This document shows, one piece after another, positions 36,495 to 45,179 of a stretch of 64,000 bases of DNA. The position numbers were made by a program, and so were the translations under genes. Origin of the DNA: a virus; the IMG/VR virus record IMGVR_UViG_3300017992_000019, positions 1-64,000 of that record; one strand, 5' to 3'. The notes under the pieces were generated by a model. The model searched no databases, was not told the DNA's origin, and was given only the letters and a program-made list of their open reading frames with translations. Every line of letters begins with the position of its first letter. Position 1 is the first letter of the stretch.

Positions 36495-36704
36495 ATGGCG
36501 GTAACACTGAAAAAGTATGTGGGAGACGGCGGCGCAGGTCTTGACGACTCAATGGGATTCGACAACCTGTACGACGTGCTCAAGGCACTCGCCGACGCGC
36601 AAAACGATCTGGTGACGCAGTTCAATCAGTTCCGGGCCGACTACAACGCGAGCACGGTGCCGACGACCTCGACCGATTTGGCGTCGGCCGTGACCGTCGA
36701 GTAG
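36495..36704 (+). CDS. Small putative virion protein
   Basis: RBS context nearly identical to that of the capsid gene. Confidence 0.75.
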   Translation: MAVTLKKYVGDGGAGLDDSMGFDNLYDVLKALADAQNDLVTQFNQFRADYNASTVPTTSTDLASAVTVE

Positions 36705-36762
36705 GCAACTCAACCCGGTCAAAGGATCTTGTAGAGGGATCCTTGCCGAAAGGAGAAAGGCA

Positions 36763-37200
36763 ATGAAAGGCGTATTGCAGAAAGATCACATCCCGGTCAA
36801 CAAGTATCAGTTGCTTGTGCTCGGGATGCCGGCGCTAACCTTCACCGAGATTTCGGGGATCGAGGAGGAGTTGCAGACGACCGAGCTCCCGGATCGCACG
36901 ACCGCCAGTGGAGGGCACACGGGCCCGGTCGAGTTCACCGCGCAAACTCCGCTCTGGCATACGATCGAGCGGATCGCGCTCGAGGCGTGGCTCGTCGAGG
37001 GACAGGATCCCGTTTCGCCTCTTTACAAAAAAGAGGCGACCCTTGTGTTGCAGTCGATCTCGGGACAGACGATCGCGACCTACTCAATGCTCGGGTTGTA
37101 CGTGAGCAAGAGAGGTCTCCCGGATCTCGCAATGGAAAACGAGGGCGAGGGCGCTTTCATCGAATGGACTTTCAAAGCGGATCAGTTGCTCCCGGTCTAA
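36763..37200 (+). CDS. Tail tube protein (T4 gp19-like)
   Basis: FTEISGIE, size, position after the sheath. Confidence 0.85.
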   Translation: MKGVLQKDHIPVNKYQLLVLGMPALTFTEISGIEEELQTTELPDRTTASGGHTGPVEFTAQTPLWHTIERIALEAWLVEGQDPVSPLYKKEATLVLQSISGQTIATYSMLGLYVSKRGLPDLAMENEGEGAFIEWTFKADQLLPV

Positions 37201-37270
37201 CCGTCGACGCAACGACCCCGCAAGGTTTTGACCTATCAAGATCGCTCCGGCGATCGATTGGAGGTAAACC

Positions 37271-38101
37271 ATGCAACCCAACGAACCCGGAAACAAGATC
37301 AATCGGACAACCCTCGGCGAGCACGGTTTGAAGCTCCCGATCGGTGTTCTCGACAGCAAGACCGGAAACCTCGGCAAGGTTTTCGAGGTCCGGCCGTGGC
37401 GCCTCAAAGAGGAACGCGAGATCGGAAAGATCCGAGCGGCCAACGAGCACGCCTCGGTCGCGGAGTATGTCGCAATGGTCCTCGCGACCATGTGCATACG
37501 ATTCGGCAACCACGATTTCGAGAAAATGAAATTCGAGGAGCGACGGTTGCTCCTTTCAACCGCGTACATGGCCGACGTGTTTTATGCTTACGTGTGGTTG
37601 AGAAAAGACGCGGTCGGAAACGAGTTGAAACTCGATCTCACGTGCGGGAGTTGCCGGTCGAAATTCGATTTCGTCGGAGACCTCAACTCGGTCGAGGTTG
37701 GCTCGATCGACAAGATTGACGACGGAAATTGGTCGTACAAGCTCAAGACGCCGATCGAGATCCGCGGCAAGCTGATCGGCGAATTCAAGCTCGGCCCGGC
37801 GAGGTGGAACACTCTCGAGACGATCCCGGCCGGCACTCGTCGGTTCGATACTGGCGCCGCGAAGTCGGCGATCATCCGGGGATCGATCATTGAGCTCGGC
37901 GAGCTCGGAGCGATCCCGGTGACCGACAACGAGCTTGACGAGCTCACGAAATACGATCTCGAGCGGATCACAACCCTGATCAACGATCGACCGATCGGCC
38001 CGACCATGTCGGTCGAGGGCAAGTGCACCTCATGCGGAGCACCTTTCGAGCACGCGATCGAATGGGCGACCGATGATTTTTTCGCACCTTCCTCGAGTTG
38101 A
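37271..38101 (+). CDS. Tail assembly chaperone (G), T4 gp26-like with Zn-ribbon motifs
   Basis: Between tube and tape measure; two CxxC; ends DDFFAPSSS. Confidence 0.7.
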   Translation: MQPNEPGNKINRTTLGEHGLKLPIGVLDSKTGNLGKVFEVRPWRLKEEREIGKIRAANEHASVAEYVAMVLATMCIRFGNHDFEKMKFEERRLLLSTAYMADVFYAYVWLRKDAVGNELKLDLTCGSCRSKFDFVGDLNSVEVGSIDKIDDGNWSYKLKTPIEIRGKLIGEFKLGPARWNTLETIPAGTRRFDTGAAKSAIIRGSIIELGELGAIPVTDNELDELTKYDLERITTLINDRPIGPTMSVEGKCTSCGAPFEHAIEWATDDFFAPSSS

Positions 38102-38265
38102 GAAAGGAGGAGGATCTCCTCGAGGAGGCGTTCGTGTTCATGTATTACCTGCCGGGGATCACGTTTCAAGACCTCCTCGGCATGACCTCGAGAGAGAGGT
38201 TATGGTTGTTGAAACGACTTGCAAAGGAGCTCAAGAGTCGCCCGCGCATGTCGCGTTTTTTCTAG
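38077..38265 (+). CDS. Tail assembly chaperone T frame reached by -1 frameshift
   Basis: T TTT TTC slippery heptamer at 38077-38083; -1 frame open to TAG 38263-38265. Confidence 0.7.
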   Translation, partial: FFRTFLELRKEEDLLEEAFVFMYYLPGITFQDLLGMTSRERLWLLKRLAKELKSRPRMSRFF

Positions 38266-38277
38266 GAGGTTGATCAA

Positions 38278-40932
38278 GTGGCGCTCACGAAAGTCGGTCT
38301 AGGCGCGGAAATCAACGTCAACCCGCGAGGAGCGGTCAAGGGCATGGGACAGGCCCGGGATGCAATGGGCCGTTTCACAAAGTCGACGGGCGACGCGACA
38401 GCCGCGATCGGCCGGACCGAGTCGGCCGCGACTCGTGCCGCGCAGAGAATCGGGCAGGCTTTCGTCAAGGCCGGCGACAAGATTGACAAGTTCGGGCAGT
38501 CAATGCGTTCCGTTGCAATGGCGACGGCCGGAGCAACGGTCGTCGTCGGCGCCGGCGTCAAGCAAGCGGCCGACTTTGAACAAGGCATGGCCGATCTCGG
38601 TGCCGTTGTTGTTGCCGGTAAGAATCCCCCGGCCGACGCAATGGAGCAACTCACGGCGAAAGCTAAAGAGATGGGGATCATCACCGCTTTCTCCGCGAGC
38701 GAAGCGGCCGACGCAATGCAAGAGCTCGCTCGAGCCGGTGCGACTGTCGAGGAGAATGTCGGCGGGATCAAGGGAGTGCTCGACCTCGCGGCCGCGGGGA
38801 ACGTGTCGTATCAAGAATCGGCAATGATCGTCGCCAATATCACCCGGGCAATGGGACGATCGTTCAAAGACTCGACGCAACTTGCCGACGTGCTCGCAAT
38901 GACCTCGGCGCGGACCAATGTCACCGTGACCTCACTCGGCGACGCGTTCCGATACGCGGCGCCGCAAGCGAAAGTCATGGGCATGAGTGCCGAGGAAACC
39001 GCGGCCGTGCTCGGAAAGCTCGGCGACGCGGGTCTCAAGGGATCGATCGGCGGCACCTCCTTTACAAACATGATGGTCAAGCTCACGAAACCGAGTGAGA
39101 AAGCCAAAAAGATAATGAAGAAGTTTCGGATCGAGCTCGAGAATACCGACGGCACTCTCAAGCCGATCTCCGATATCGTCGGGCAGTTTTCGTCAAAGCT
39201 CAAAGGCATGACAAGCTCGGTTGATCGCGCGGCGATCATGACCGAGATTTTCGGGATCCGCGGACAAAAGGCGTTCGCCGCACTCATGCAAGCCGGCGAG
39301 CAATCGATCGCCGAAATGGTTTCGGATCTCGAGCAAGCCTCCGGCGTCGCCGACAAGATGGCGCAAACCCGTCTCGCCTCTCTCAAGGGGCAACTCAAAA
39401 TGATGGCGGCATCGGTCGAGGGTCTCTCGATCGAATTGTTTTCGGGACTCGGCGAGGGAATGCGAGGCACGGTCACCGAGGCAACGGCGGGTCTCAATAA
39501 CATTCTGTATGCCGTGCAAGGTCTCAAGGCGGCACAAAAGGAGGGAGCGGATCAACAGGCGGTTGTCAACAAGTTGACCGAAAAATACGGCGAGACTGTC
39601 GTTGCAGTCGCACAGGGGATCATGGACGCGATCCAGTTTATGAAAGACGCTTGGAACGCGGTCGTCGACACGATCAAGTCGGTTGGCCGGGCGCTCGAGT
39701 CGGTGCTCGGCAAGCGAGGCGTTCGGGTGCTCGTCGGGATCATTGGCAAGGTGACCATGCTCGCGGCCGTGATTGCACCGATCGCCGCGGTGCTCGCCGG
39801 GATCGCGTTTGTGCTCAAGGCGGTCGTGTGGCCGGCGATTATCAAGACCGGCAAGATCGTCAACTCGACTTTCGGGAAGTGGCTGATCCTCCTCACTCTC
39901 GTCGCAAAGTTCATCGGAGACGTGAGCGAGAAAGCCGGCAAGAAAGACGCGGCCGTGCAAGCGAGGATCGATCGACTCCGGTCTCGGAACGCGGAGCGAC
40001 AAAAGCTCTATGCTTGGAAAGCGTCGCGGGCCGACAGGGCGGCGGATAGTGCGAGACTTGCATCGGCTGAAAAGACATTCCAGCGAGCGCAACAATTGCG
40101 AGATCGAGGTTCCATAAGCGAGGCGCATTTCGCGAATCAGAAAAAGATCTATGCCTCCGAAGTCGATCGACATTCCTCAACGAGCTATGAGCACCAAACT
40201 CTCAAGGCCGTCGAAATGGCGCAGACCGCGGGCGACAAGTACCAAGAGGTCGCGCAAGGCGCGGTCGACGCCGCGGGCACCGCGTCGGAGGCATGGGTCA
40301 AGGGCGCCGGCGACGTCAAGAATGGAGTCGCGCAGATCACCGCGGCCGAGGAGGAGCTCGCCGACGAGCACACCGGGTTGATCGGTCTTTTCGTTGACGG
40401 TTGGGATCTGATCACCGACGGCGCCGTGCTCGCGTATGAGGGTCTCGGCGGCACGACCGAGAGGGTCAAGCAACAACGGATCGAAATGATGCTCCTCAAC
40501 AAGGAGTATGATCGCCTCGCGGCCAAGTGGTCGAGGCGCACCGGTGAATTTCGAGCGCCGGGCGCGCTAGATGTTTTGGGGCAAATGGTACATGAGGCAA
40601 TGGAGGAGGGGCGGATCAAGGGCGAAATGGAACGCGAAAAGGAGCTCATGCGGATCGAGAAACAAAAGGAGAGGGACAAGAGAGAGCAAGAGGAATGGAC
40701 AAAAGAGTTTCATGGAAAGTTCGACGATTGGGCGAAAGCTCAACGCGAGGCCGAGACAAACGTCAACATCAAAAACACGATGTGTCTTGACGGCAAGGCG
40801 GTCTCATGGGCTCTCACGAAACAGCAACAGGAGATCCAGCAACGGGCCGGCGCGAAGTCGACCAAGTATCAGCAAACCCTTTCGCGGCAACACGGCGCAC
40901 TCCCGGGCACGGTCAACGTGAGCTCGTCGTAA
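38278..40932 (+). CDS. Tape measure protein (TP901-like)
   Basis: FSASEAADAM.ELARAG, GLKGSIGGT, IFGIRG. Confidence 0.92.
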   Translation: MALTKVGLGAEINVNPRGAVKGMGQARDAMGRFTKSTGDATAAIGRTESAATRAAQRIGQAFVKAGDKIDKFGQSMRSVAMATAGATVVVGAGVKQAADFEQGMADLGAVVVAGKNPPADAMEQLTAKAKEMGIITAFSASEAADAMQELARAGATVEENVGGIKGVLDLAAAGNVSYQESAMIVANITRAMGRSFKDSTQLADVLAMTSARTNVTVTSLGDAFRYAAPQAKVMGMSAEETAAVLGKLGDAGLKGSIGGTSFTNMMVKLTKPSEKAKKIMKKFRIELENTDGTLKPISDIVGQFSSKLKGMTSSVDRAAIMTEIFGIRGQKAFAALMQAGEQSIAEMVSDLEQASGVADKMAQTRLASLKGQLKMMAASVEGLSIELFSGLGEGMRGTVTEATAGLNNILYAVQGLKAAQKEGADQQAVVNKLTEKYGETVVAVAQGIMDAIQFMKDAWNAVVDTIKSVGRALESVLGKRGVRVLVGIIGKVTMLAAVIAPIAAVLAGIAFVLKAVVWPAIIKTGKIVNSTFGKWLILLTLVAKFIGDVSEKAGKKDAAVQARIDRLRSRNAERQKLYAWKASRADRAADSARLASAEKTFQRAQQLRDRGSISEAHFANQKKIYASEVDRHSSTSYEHQTLKAVEMAQTAGDKYQEVAQGAVDAAGTASEAWVKGAGDVKNGVAQITAAEEELADEHTGLIGLFVDGWDLITDGAVLAYEGLGGTTERVKQQRIEMMLLNKEYDRLAAKWSRRTGEFRAPGALDVLGQMVHEAMEEGRIKGEMEREKELMRIEKQKERDKREQEEWTKEFHGKFDDWAKAQREAETNVNIKNTMCLDGKAVSWALTKQQQEIQQRAGAKSTKYQQTLSRQHGALPGTVNVSSS

Positions 40933-40942
40933 GGAGAGGACA

Positions 40943-41728
40943 ATGCCGGGTATAAAATTCAAGTTGCCGGAGCTCGAGAGTTGGTTCCTTGCCAACGACG
41001 AAACCCTCGAGGAGTTTCAAGGGCAGTTTCCCCCGCAGGATATCGCGCACGAAATCACCGCGGCGTGGGGCGAGGATACGGCACTCAACCGGCAACACAC
41101 GATCCTTTCGTTTCTGCACGGCAACGCGGAGACGCTCTCATTCCAGGCGAGGCTTTACGCGCTCGACGCGCTCGACGACGTAACAAAGCGTTTCAAGATG
41201 CTCGTCGGTTGGGTGAAACGAGATCCCGATCTGAAACGACCTCCGATCCTGCAATTCTGGATCGGGAACGCGGCCGTGAGTTTTCGCCGGTGCATCCTCG
41301 AGGCCGTGACCGGGATCGTGTATCACAGTTTCCGAAACGACGGGAGCCCGCGCGATATCGAATTTACCCTCAACTTGCGCGAGTATCACCCTTATGAGTT
41401 TGTGTTTCAGACACCCGGCGAGACAGGTCAAACCCGATACCACCGGGCCCGGTTGCACGATTACTATGAATGGCTCGCGCAACGCGAATACCGCGATCCC
41501 ATGAAAGGGATCCAGATCCGCAACGCGCACCCGGACAAGCCAAACTTGCAACCGGCCGATGTCGTCGTAATGCCGAGCAAGGATAATCTCGAGACCGGGT
41601 CGCCGGCGCCGAGCTCGATCGCATTGTCAACCGCTTTCGGCCGGGCCGACACTCCGCAACGGTCGCTCCGGCTTTCGACATTTGACTCGAGAAATCGATC
41701 TTTCACCTCGTTGATCCAAGGAGTTTGA
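40943..41728 (+). CDS. Tail tube initiator with a LysM-like C-terminus
   Basis: RPPILQF, DGSPR..EFTLNLREY, LAQREYRDP...IRNAHP. Confidence 0.7.
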   Translation: MPGIKFKLPELESWFLANDETLEEFQGQFPPQDIAHEITAAWGEDTALNRQHTILSFLHGNAETLSFQARLYALDALDDVTKRFKMLVGWVKRDPDLKRPPILQFWIGNAAVSFRRCILEAVTGIVYHSFRNDGSPRDIEFTLNLREYHPYEFVFQTPGETGQTRYHRARLHDYYEWLAQREYRDPMKGIQIRNAHPDKPNLQPADVVVMPSKDNLETGSPAPSSIALSTAFGRADTPQRSLRLSTFDSRNRSFTSLIQGV

Positions 41729-41729
41729 A

Positions 41730-42944
41730 GTGCCCGAGCTCGCAATACGACCCGACCCGTCGCCGAATTTCAATATTCGGGTGCAGGGGTATAAGCTCGA
41801 TCAGCGGGTCTTGCAATTTATCAAGACGGTCGAGGTCGAGCGTTCGGATTCGATCGTCGATCAATGCAAAATTTCGATGGTCGATCCCAACGGGATCGTT
41901 TCGAGCTCGAAAGTGTTTGCACCCGGCAACGAGATCGAGATCGACGTAGGTTGGAAAAACCTGTTGAACGTGGGCCGCTTTATTCTCATGCCGGCGAAAG
42001 TCTCGTTTCCGCTCGACGGAAACCAGACATACGATATCACCGGTTACAGCCGCGACTTTTTTCTCGGCGAGTCTCGGCCGGAGACGGGGAACGCGATCCC
42101 TCAAAAGAAAGGACAGAAACGAGATCACCCTACGATGTGGGAGGATGCGACGGTCGAGGAGATTCTCGAGTCGATCGCGGAGCGTTGGGGATTGACTCTT
42201 GAGGTCGACCCGGTGAAAATTCAACCCGGGAATATCATTCAAGGCGCGAAAACAACCGACCTCGAATTTCTGCATATCCTCTCGAATCTTTCGGGCATGG
42301 TTTTCTGGATCGATTATGATCCATACGGTGAGGGGAAAGGGTGGTATCTGCATTTCAGAGACAGCGACAAAGTCTACCAAGAACAGATCCCGATGAGGAA
42401 ATACCAGTACAACGCGGGCGACAAGTCGACGCTCCTCAACTTCGAGCCCGACGTTTTGTTTCAATCGCATTGGACTCAACTAAGAGTGCAAGCGGCAATT
42501 CGGCACCCGTTGCTCGGCGTGATCGGGAACGAGGATGTGCTCGTCGCGGTCGATAGCAAGACGGCCGAGGGTTGGGAGATCGCTTATGAGGGTGAGCTCC
42601 TCGAGCAGATACCCGACGACGTCGAGGATCCGTCGGCCGAGGCGGTCAAGATCCTGATCGGTGATTACAGTTTCCGAGTGATCCCCTATCAGGAGATCAA
42701 GAGTCGAGCCGACCTCGAGGTATGGGCGCTCGGTTGGTTTGCTCGCAATCGAAACGAATTCATAGTCGGCAACGGCGCGGTGATCGGGGATCCCGAGCTC
42801 GACTGTCGGCAAATACATGAGCTCCGCGGTCTCGGCCCGATGTTCGACGGGCGGTATTACTTCTCGAGAGTGCGACACCTCCTCGAGGCCGATCGGACTT
42901 ATCAATGCGAGTTCACCGCTCGCAAGGTGCTTCCGGGGTTATAA
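41730..42944 (+). CDS. Baseplate hub (late control D / gp27-like)
   Basis: TDLEFL, GDPEL, GLGPMFDGRYY..RVRH. Confidence 0.8.
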   Translation: MPELAIRPDPSPNFNIRVQGYKLDQRVLQFIKTVEVERSDSIVDQCKISMVDPNGIVSSSKVFAPGNEIEIDVGWKNLLNVGRFILMPAKVSFPLDGNQTYDITGYSRDFFLGESRPETGNAIPQKKGQKRDHPTMWEDATVEEILESIAERWGLTLEVDPVKIQPGNIIQGAKTTDLEFLHILSNLSGMVFWIDYDPYGEGKGWYLHFRDSDKVYQEQIPMRKYQYNAGDKSTLLNFEPDVLFQSHWTQLRVQAAIRHPLLGVIGNEDVLVAVDSKTAEGWEIAYEGELLEQIPDDVEDPSAEAVKILIGDYSFRVIPYQEIKSRADLEVWALGWFARNRNEFIVGNGAVIGDPELDCRQIHELRGLGPMFDGRYYFSRVRHLLEADRTYQCEFTARKVLPGL

Positions 42945-43838
42945 ATGGCACGGTGGGAACGATATCTTGCAAGAGTAGTTGCCAACGACGACGAGGCGAA
43001 GCGCGGCCGGATCCGGGTTGTGTGTCCCGACTTTACCGGGGATTCCGATAAGCAACTCCCGATCTGGATCGAGCCGGCTTACGATTGGGGTTGGTTTGTC
43101 GTGCCGGACGTCGACGAGCTCGTCGAGATCGAAGTGCTCGAGCAACAGGAAACCGACGACGTCATCGGTCAAAGCTCGGTTGTCAACCCGGTGATCAAGT
43201 GGCGCCAGAAACGCGAGTATCACGTCGAGGAGATCAAAGCAGGGATCGAGAAAGACGTTCCGATTCCACCGACGCCGGTGCATGAGGATTTCACCGCGAG
43301 CAATTACGGCAAGCGGAGAGGATTTGCGACCCCAAACGGTCACGTGCTCATGTTCGACGACACCGAGGGCTCGCAACAGATCAACTTGACATGGCACGCG
43401 CTCGAGGGAGACGAGGACAAATACTCGTTTCTTTCTTTCCTGCCCGACGGGTCAATCGTGCTCGGCAACAAGAAAGGGTCAATGATCTTTCTGAACGCCG
43501 AGGCCGGCGAGGTGAGCATAATCGACGAGCACGGCAACCTGATCTCGAGCAACGCCGACGGCATGAAAATGATCGACGCGACCGGCAACGTGATCGAGCT
43601 CAAGGATCAAGCGGTGCAAGTGCTCGGGCAAGGTTCGGTCGTGATCAACTGCAAGACGGCGCAACTCAAGGCCGGTGCCGTCGAGCTCGGCGACGGGGCC
43701 GACACTCCGGTCATGAGGGGCGACGATTGGAAACTTTGGGCCGAGAATCACATTCACGCAACCGGAGTCGGGCCGTCGGATAAACCGACGGTTCCTCCTC
43801 CGGCGACGATATTGTCGACGGTGGTCAAAACGAAATGA
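42945..43838 (+). CDS. Baseplate spike (gpV/gp5 OB-fold)
   Basis: GRIRVVCP, GWFVVPDV, GHVLMFDD, C-terminal HIH. Confidence 0.85.
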   Translation: MARWERYLARVVANDDEAKRGRIRVVCPDFTGDSDKQLPIWIEPAYDWGWFVVPDVDELVEIEVLEQQETDDVIGQSSVVNPVIKWRQKREYHVEEIKAGIEKDVPIPPTPVHEDFTASNYGKRRGFATPNGHVLMFDDTEGSQQINLTWHALEGDEDKYSFLSFLPDGSIVLGNKKGSMIFLNAEAGEVSIIDEHGNLISSNADGMKMIDATGNVIELKDQAVQVLGQGSVVINCKTAQLKAGAVELGDGADTPVMRGDDWKLWAENHIHATGVGPSDKPTVPPPATILSTVVKTK

Positions 43839-43847
43839 GCGGAGACC

Positions 43848-44201
43848 ATGACCGAGAGCAAGTGCGCTATACCGGCAATCCCGATTCCGCCGTTGCCGAT
43901 CCCGGTGCCTCCGGCGATCCCGGCCGTGCCGGCGATCCCCTCGATCCCCGCGCTCCCGGTTGGGATCCCTCCGATCCCTCTCCCGCCGTTGCCGATTCCG
44001 CCGTTGCCGATCCCGGTGCCTCCGGCCGTACCACCGATCCCGGCGATCCCTTCGATCCCGGTGCTTCCGGTTGGGATCCCTCCGATCCCTCTCCCACCGT
44101 TGCCGATTCCACCGTTGCCAGTTCCGATCCCTCCGGCCGTGCCTCCTATCCCGGCAATACCGGCGATCCCGTTGTTGCCTCCTTGTCCGCTGGATCCGTG
44201 A
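43848..44201 (+). CDS. Proline-rich repeat protein (52 Pro of 117 aa)
   Basis: GGAG RBS; ~37-aa internal repeat; fills the operon gap exactly. Confidence 0.7.
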   Translation: MTESKCAIPAIPIPPLPIPVPPAIPAVPAIPSIPALPVGIPPIPLPPLPIPPLPIPVPPAVPPIPAIPSIPVLPVGIPPIPLPPLPIPPLPVPIPPAVPPIPAIPAIPLLPPCPLDP

Positions 44202-44211
44202 GGAGGTGACC

Positions 44212-44778
44212 GTGCTCGATCAGACAAAGCTCGAGACTGAATTCCGAAAGCTCATGGATCCCGACTACGGCGGGTTCGTGGGTTTCCCACCGACCAAAGA
44301 CGACGCCGGCGACGCATTCGCCGACGCATACGACGCCTATGCGACCGACGCGGTCGACGAGAGCGGCGATCCGGTCGTGACCGTCAACAAGGCAGGCTTT
44401 GCCGGCATACTCAAGGCCGGGCTCGGGCCCAACCTCCCGGCCTCGGCGGCGGCGCAAATTTTCGACGATGCTTTCGTCGCATTTTGGACCGGGGGAATCT
44501 TTGCAATCGGAACGCCTCCTCAAGGAATTCCGCCTTGCCCGAATAACCCGTCGACGCCGATGGTCACCGAGGTGTCAAGTCTTGTTTCGACGATCACGAC
44601 CGGGATGCTCAAGGGATTGCTCGAGACGGAATTTGCGATCTTGACCGACAACGGCGCGGCGAAAGCGGCCGCGCTTGCCGGGTGGTTTCATGCCGCGACA
44701 ACGACCGCGATCTTTGTTTTGATCACAGGGGTTGACGGAGTAGGTTCAGGAGTGACTAACCTATGCACGATCACATGA
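44212..44778 (+). CDS. Hypothetical baseplate-region protein
   Basis: AGGAGG RBS, GTG start. Confidence 0.7.
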   Translation: MLDQTKLETEFRKLMDPDYGGFVGFPPTKDDAGDAFADAYDAYATDAVDESGDPVVTVNKAGFAGILKAGLGPNLPASAAAQIFDDAFVAFWTGGIFAIGTPPQGIPPCPNNPSTPMVTEVSSLVSTITTGMLKGLLETEFAILTDNGAAKAAALAGWFHAATTTAIFVLITGVDGVGSGVTNLCTIT

Positions 44779-44787
44779 GGTGAGGAA

Positions 44788-45168
44788 ATGCCGAAGGGTC
44801 TAAAATTGCCGGTGGGTGTCGACGCGACGGGCGGGCTTGCGATCGTCGAGAGCGAGGAGCAAAACCAGAACGTGATCTTTTGCGCGCTCGCCGACTGCGA
44901 CAACGACAACGCATTTCAGCAAGACCTCGGGATCGGCGCCGACATGATTTTCGATTTGCAAGACGAGCGAGTGAGAGCTCGCATTATCAACAGGGTGCTC
45001 GACGCTTTCGATACCTTTGAGGCGCAACACCGATTCAAGCTCCGCACCGATTCGATCCGATGGACCGAGGACGGGGAGACCGGCGAGCTCAAGCTCGAGT
45101 TTCTCTACCACGATCTCGAGAGCGACGAGGAGCAAGCGTTCGCCCGGAATTTCCAGTCGACTAAGTAG
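44788..45168 (+). CDS. Baseplate wedge gp25/GPW-like protein
   Basis: Size and position; DLGIGADMIFD. Confidence 0.7.
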   Translation: MPKGLKLPVGVDATGGLAIVESEEQNQNVIFCALADCDNDNAFQQDLGIGADMIFDLQDERVRARIINRVLDAFDTFEAQHRFKLRTDSIRWTEDGETGELKLEFLYHDLESDEEQAFARNFQSTK

Positions 45169-45179
45169 GAGGCGAGGCA

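Noticed and set aside
43754-44227. Gly-rich minus-strand ORF (GGIGNGG repeats)
   Set aside because: Reverse reading of the proline-repeat gene; opposes the operon direction and lacks an RBS.
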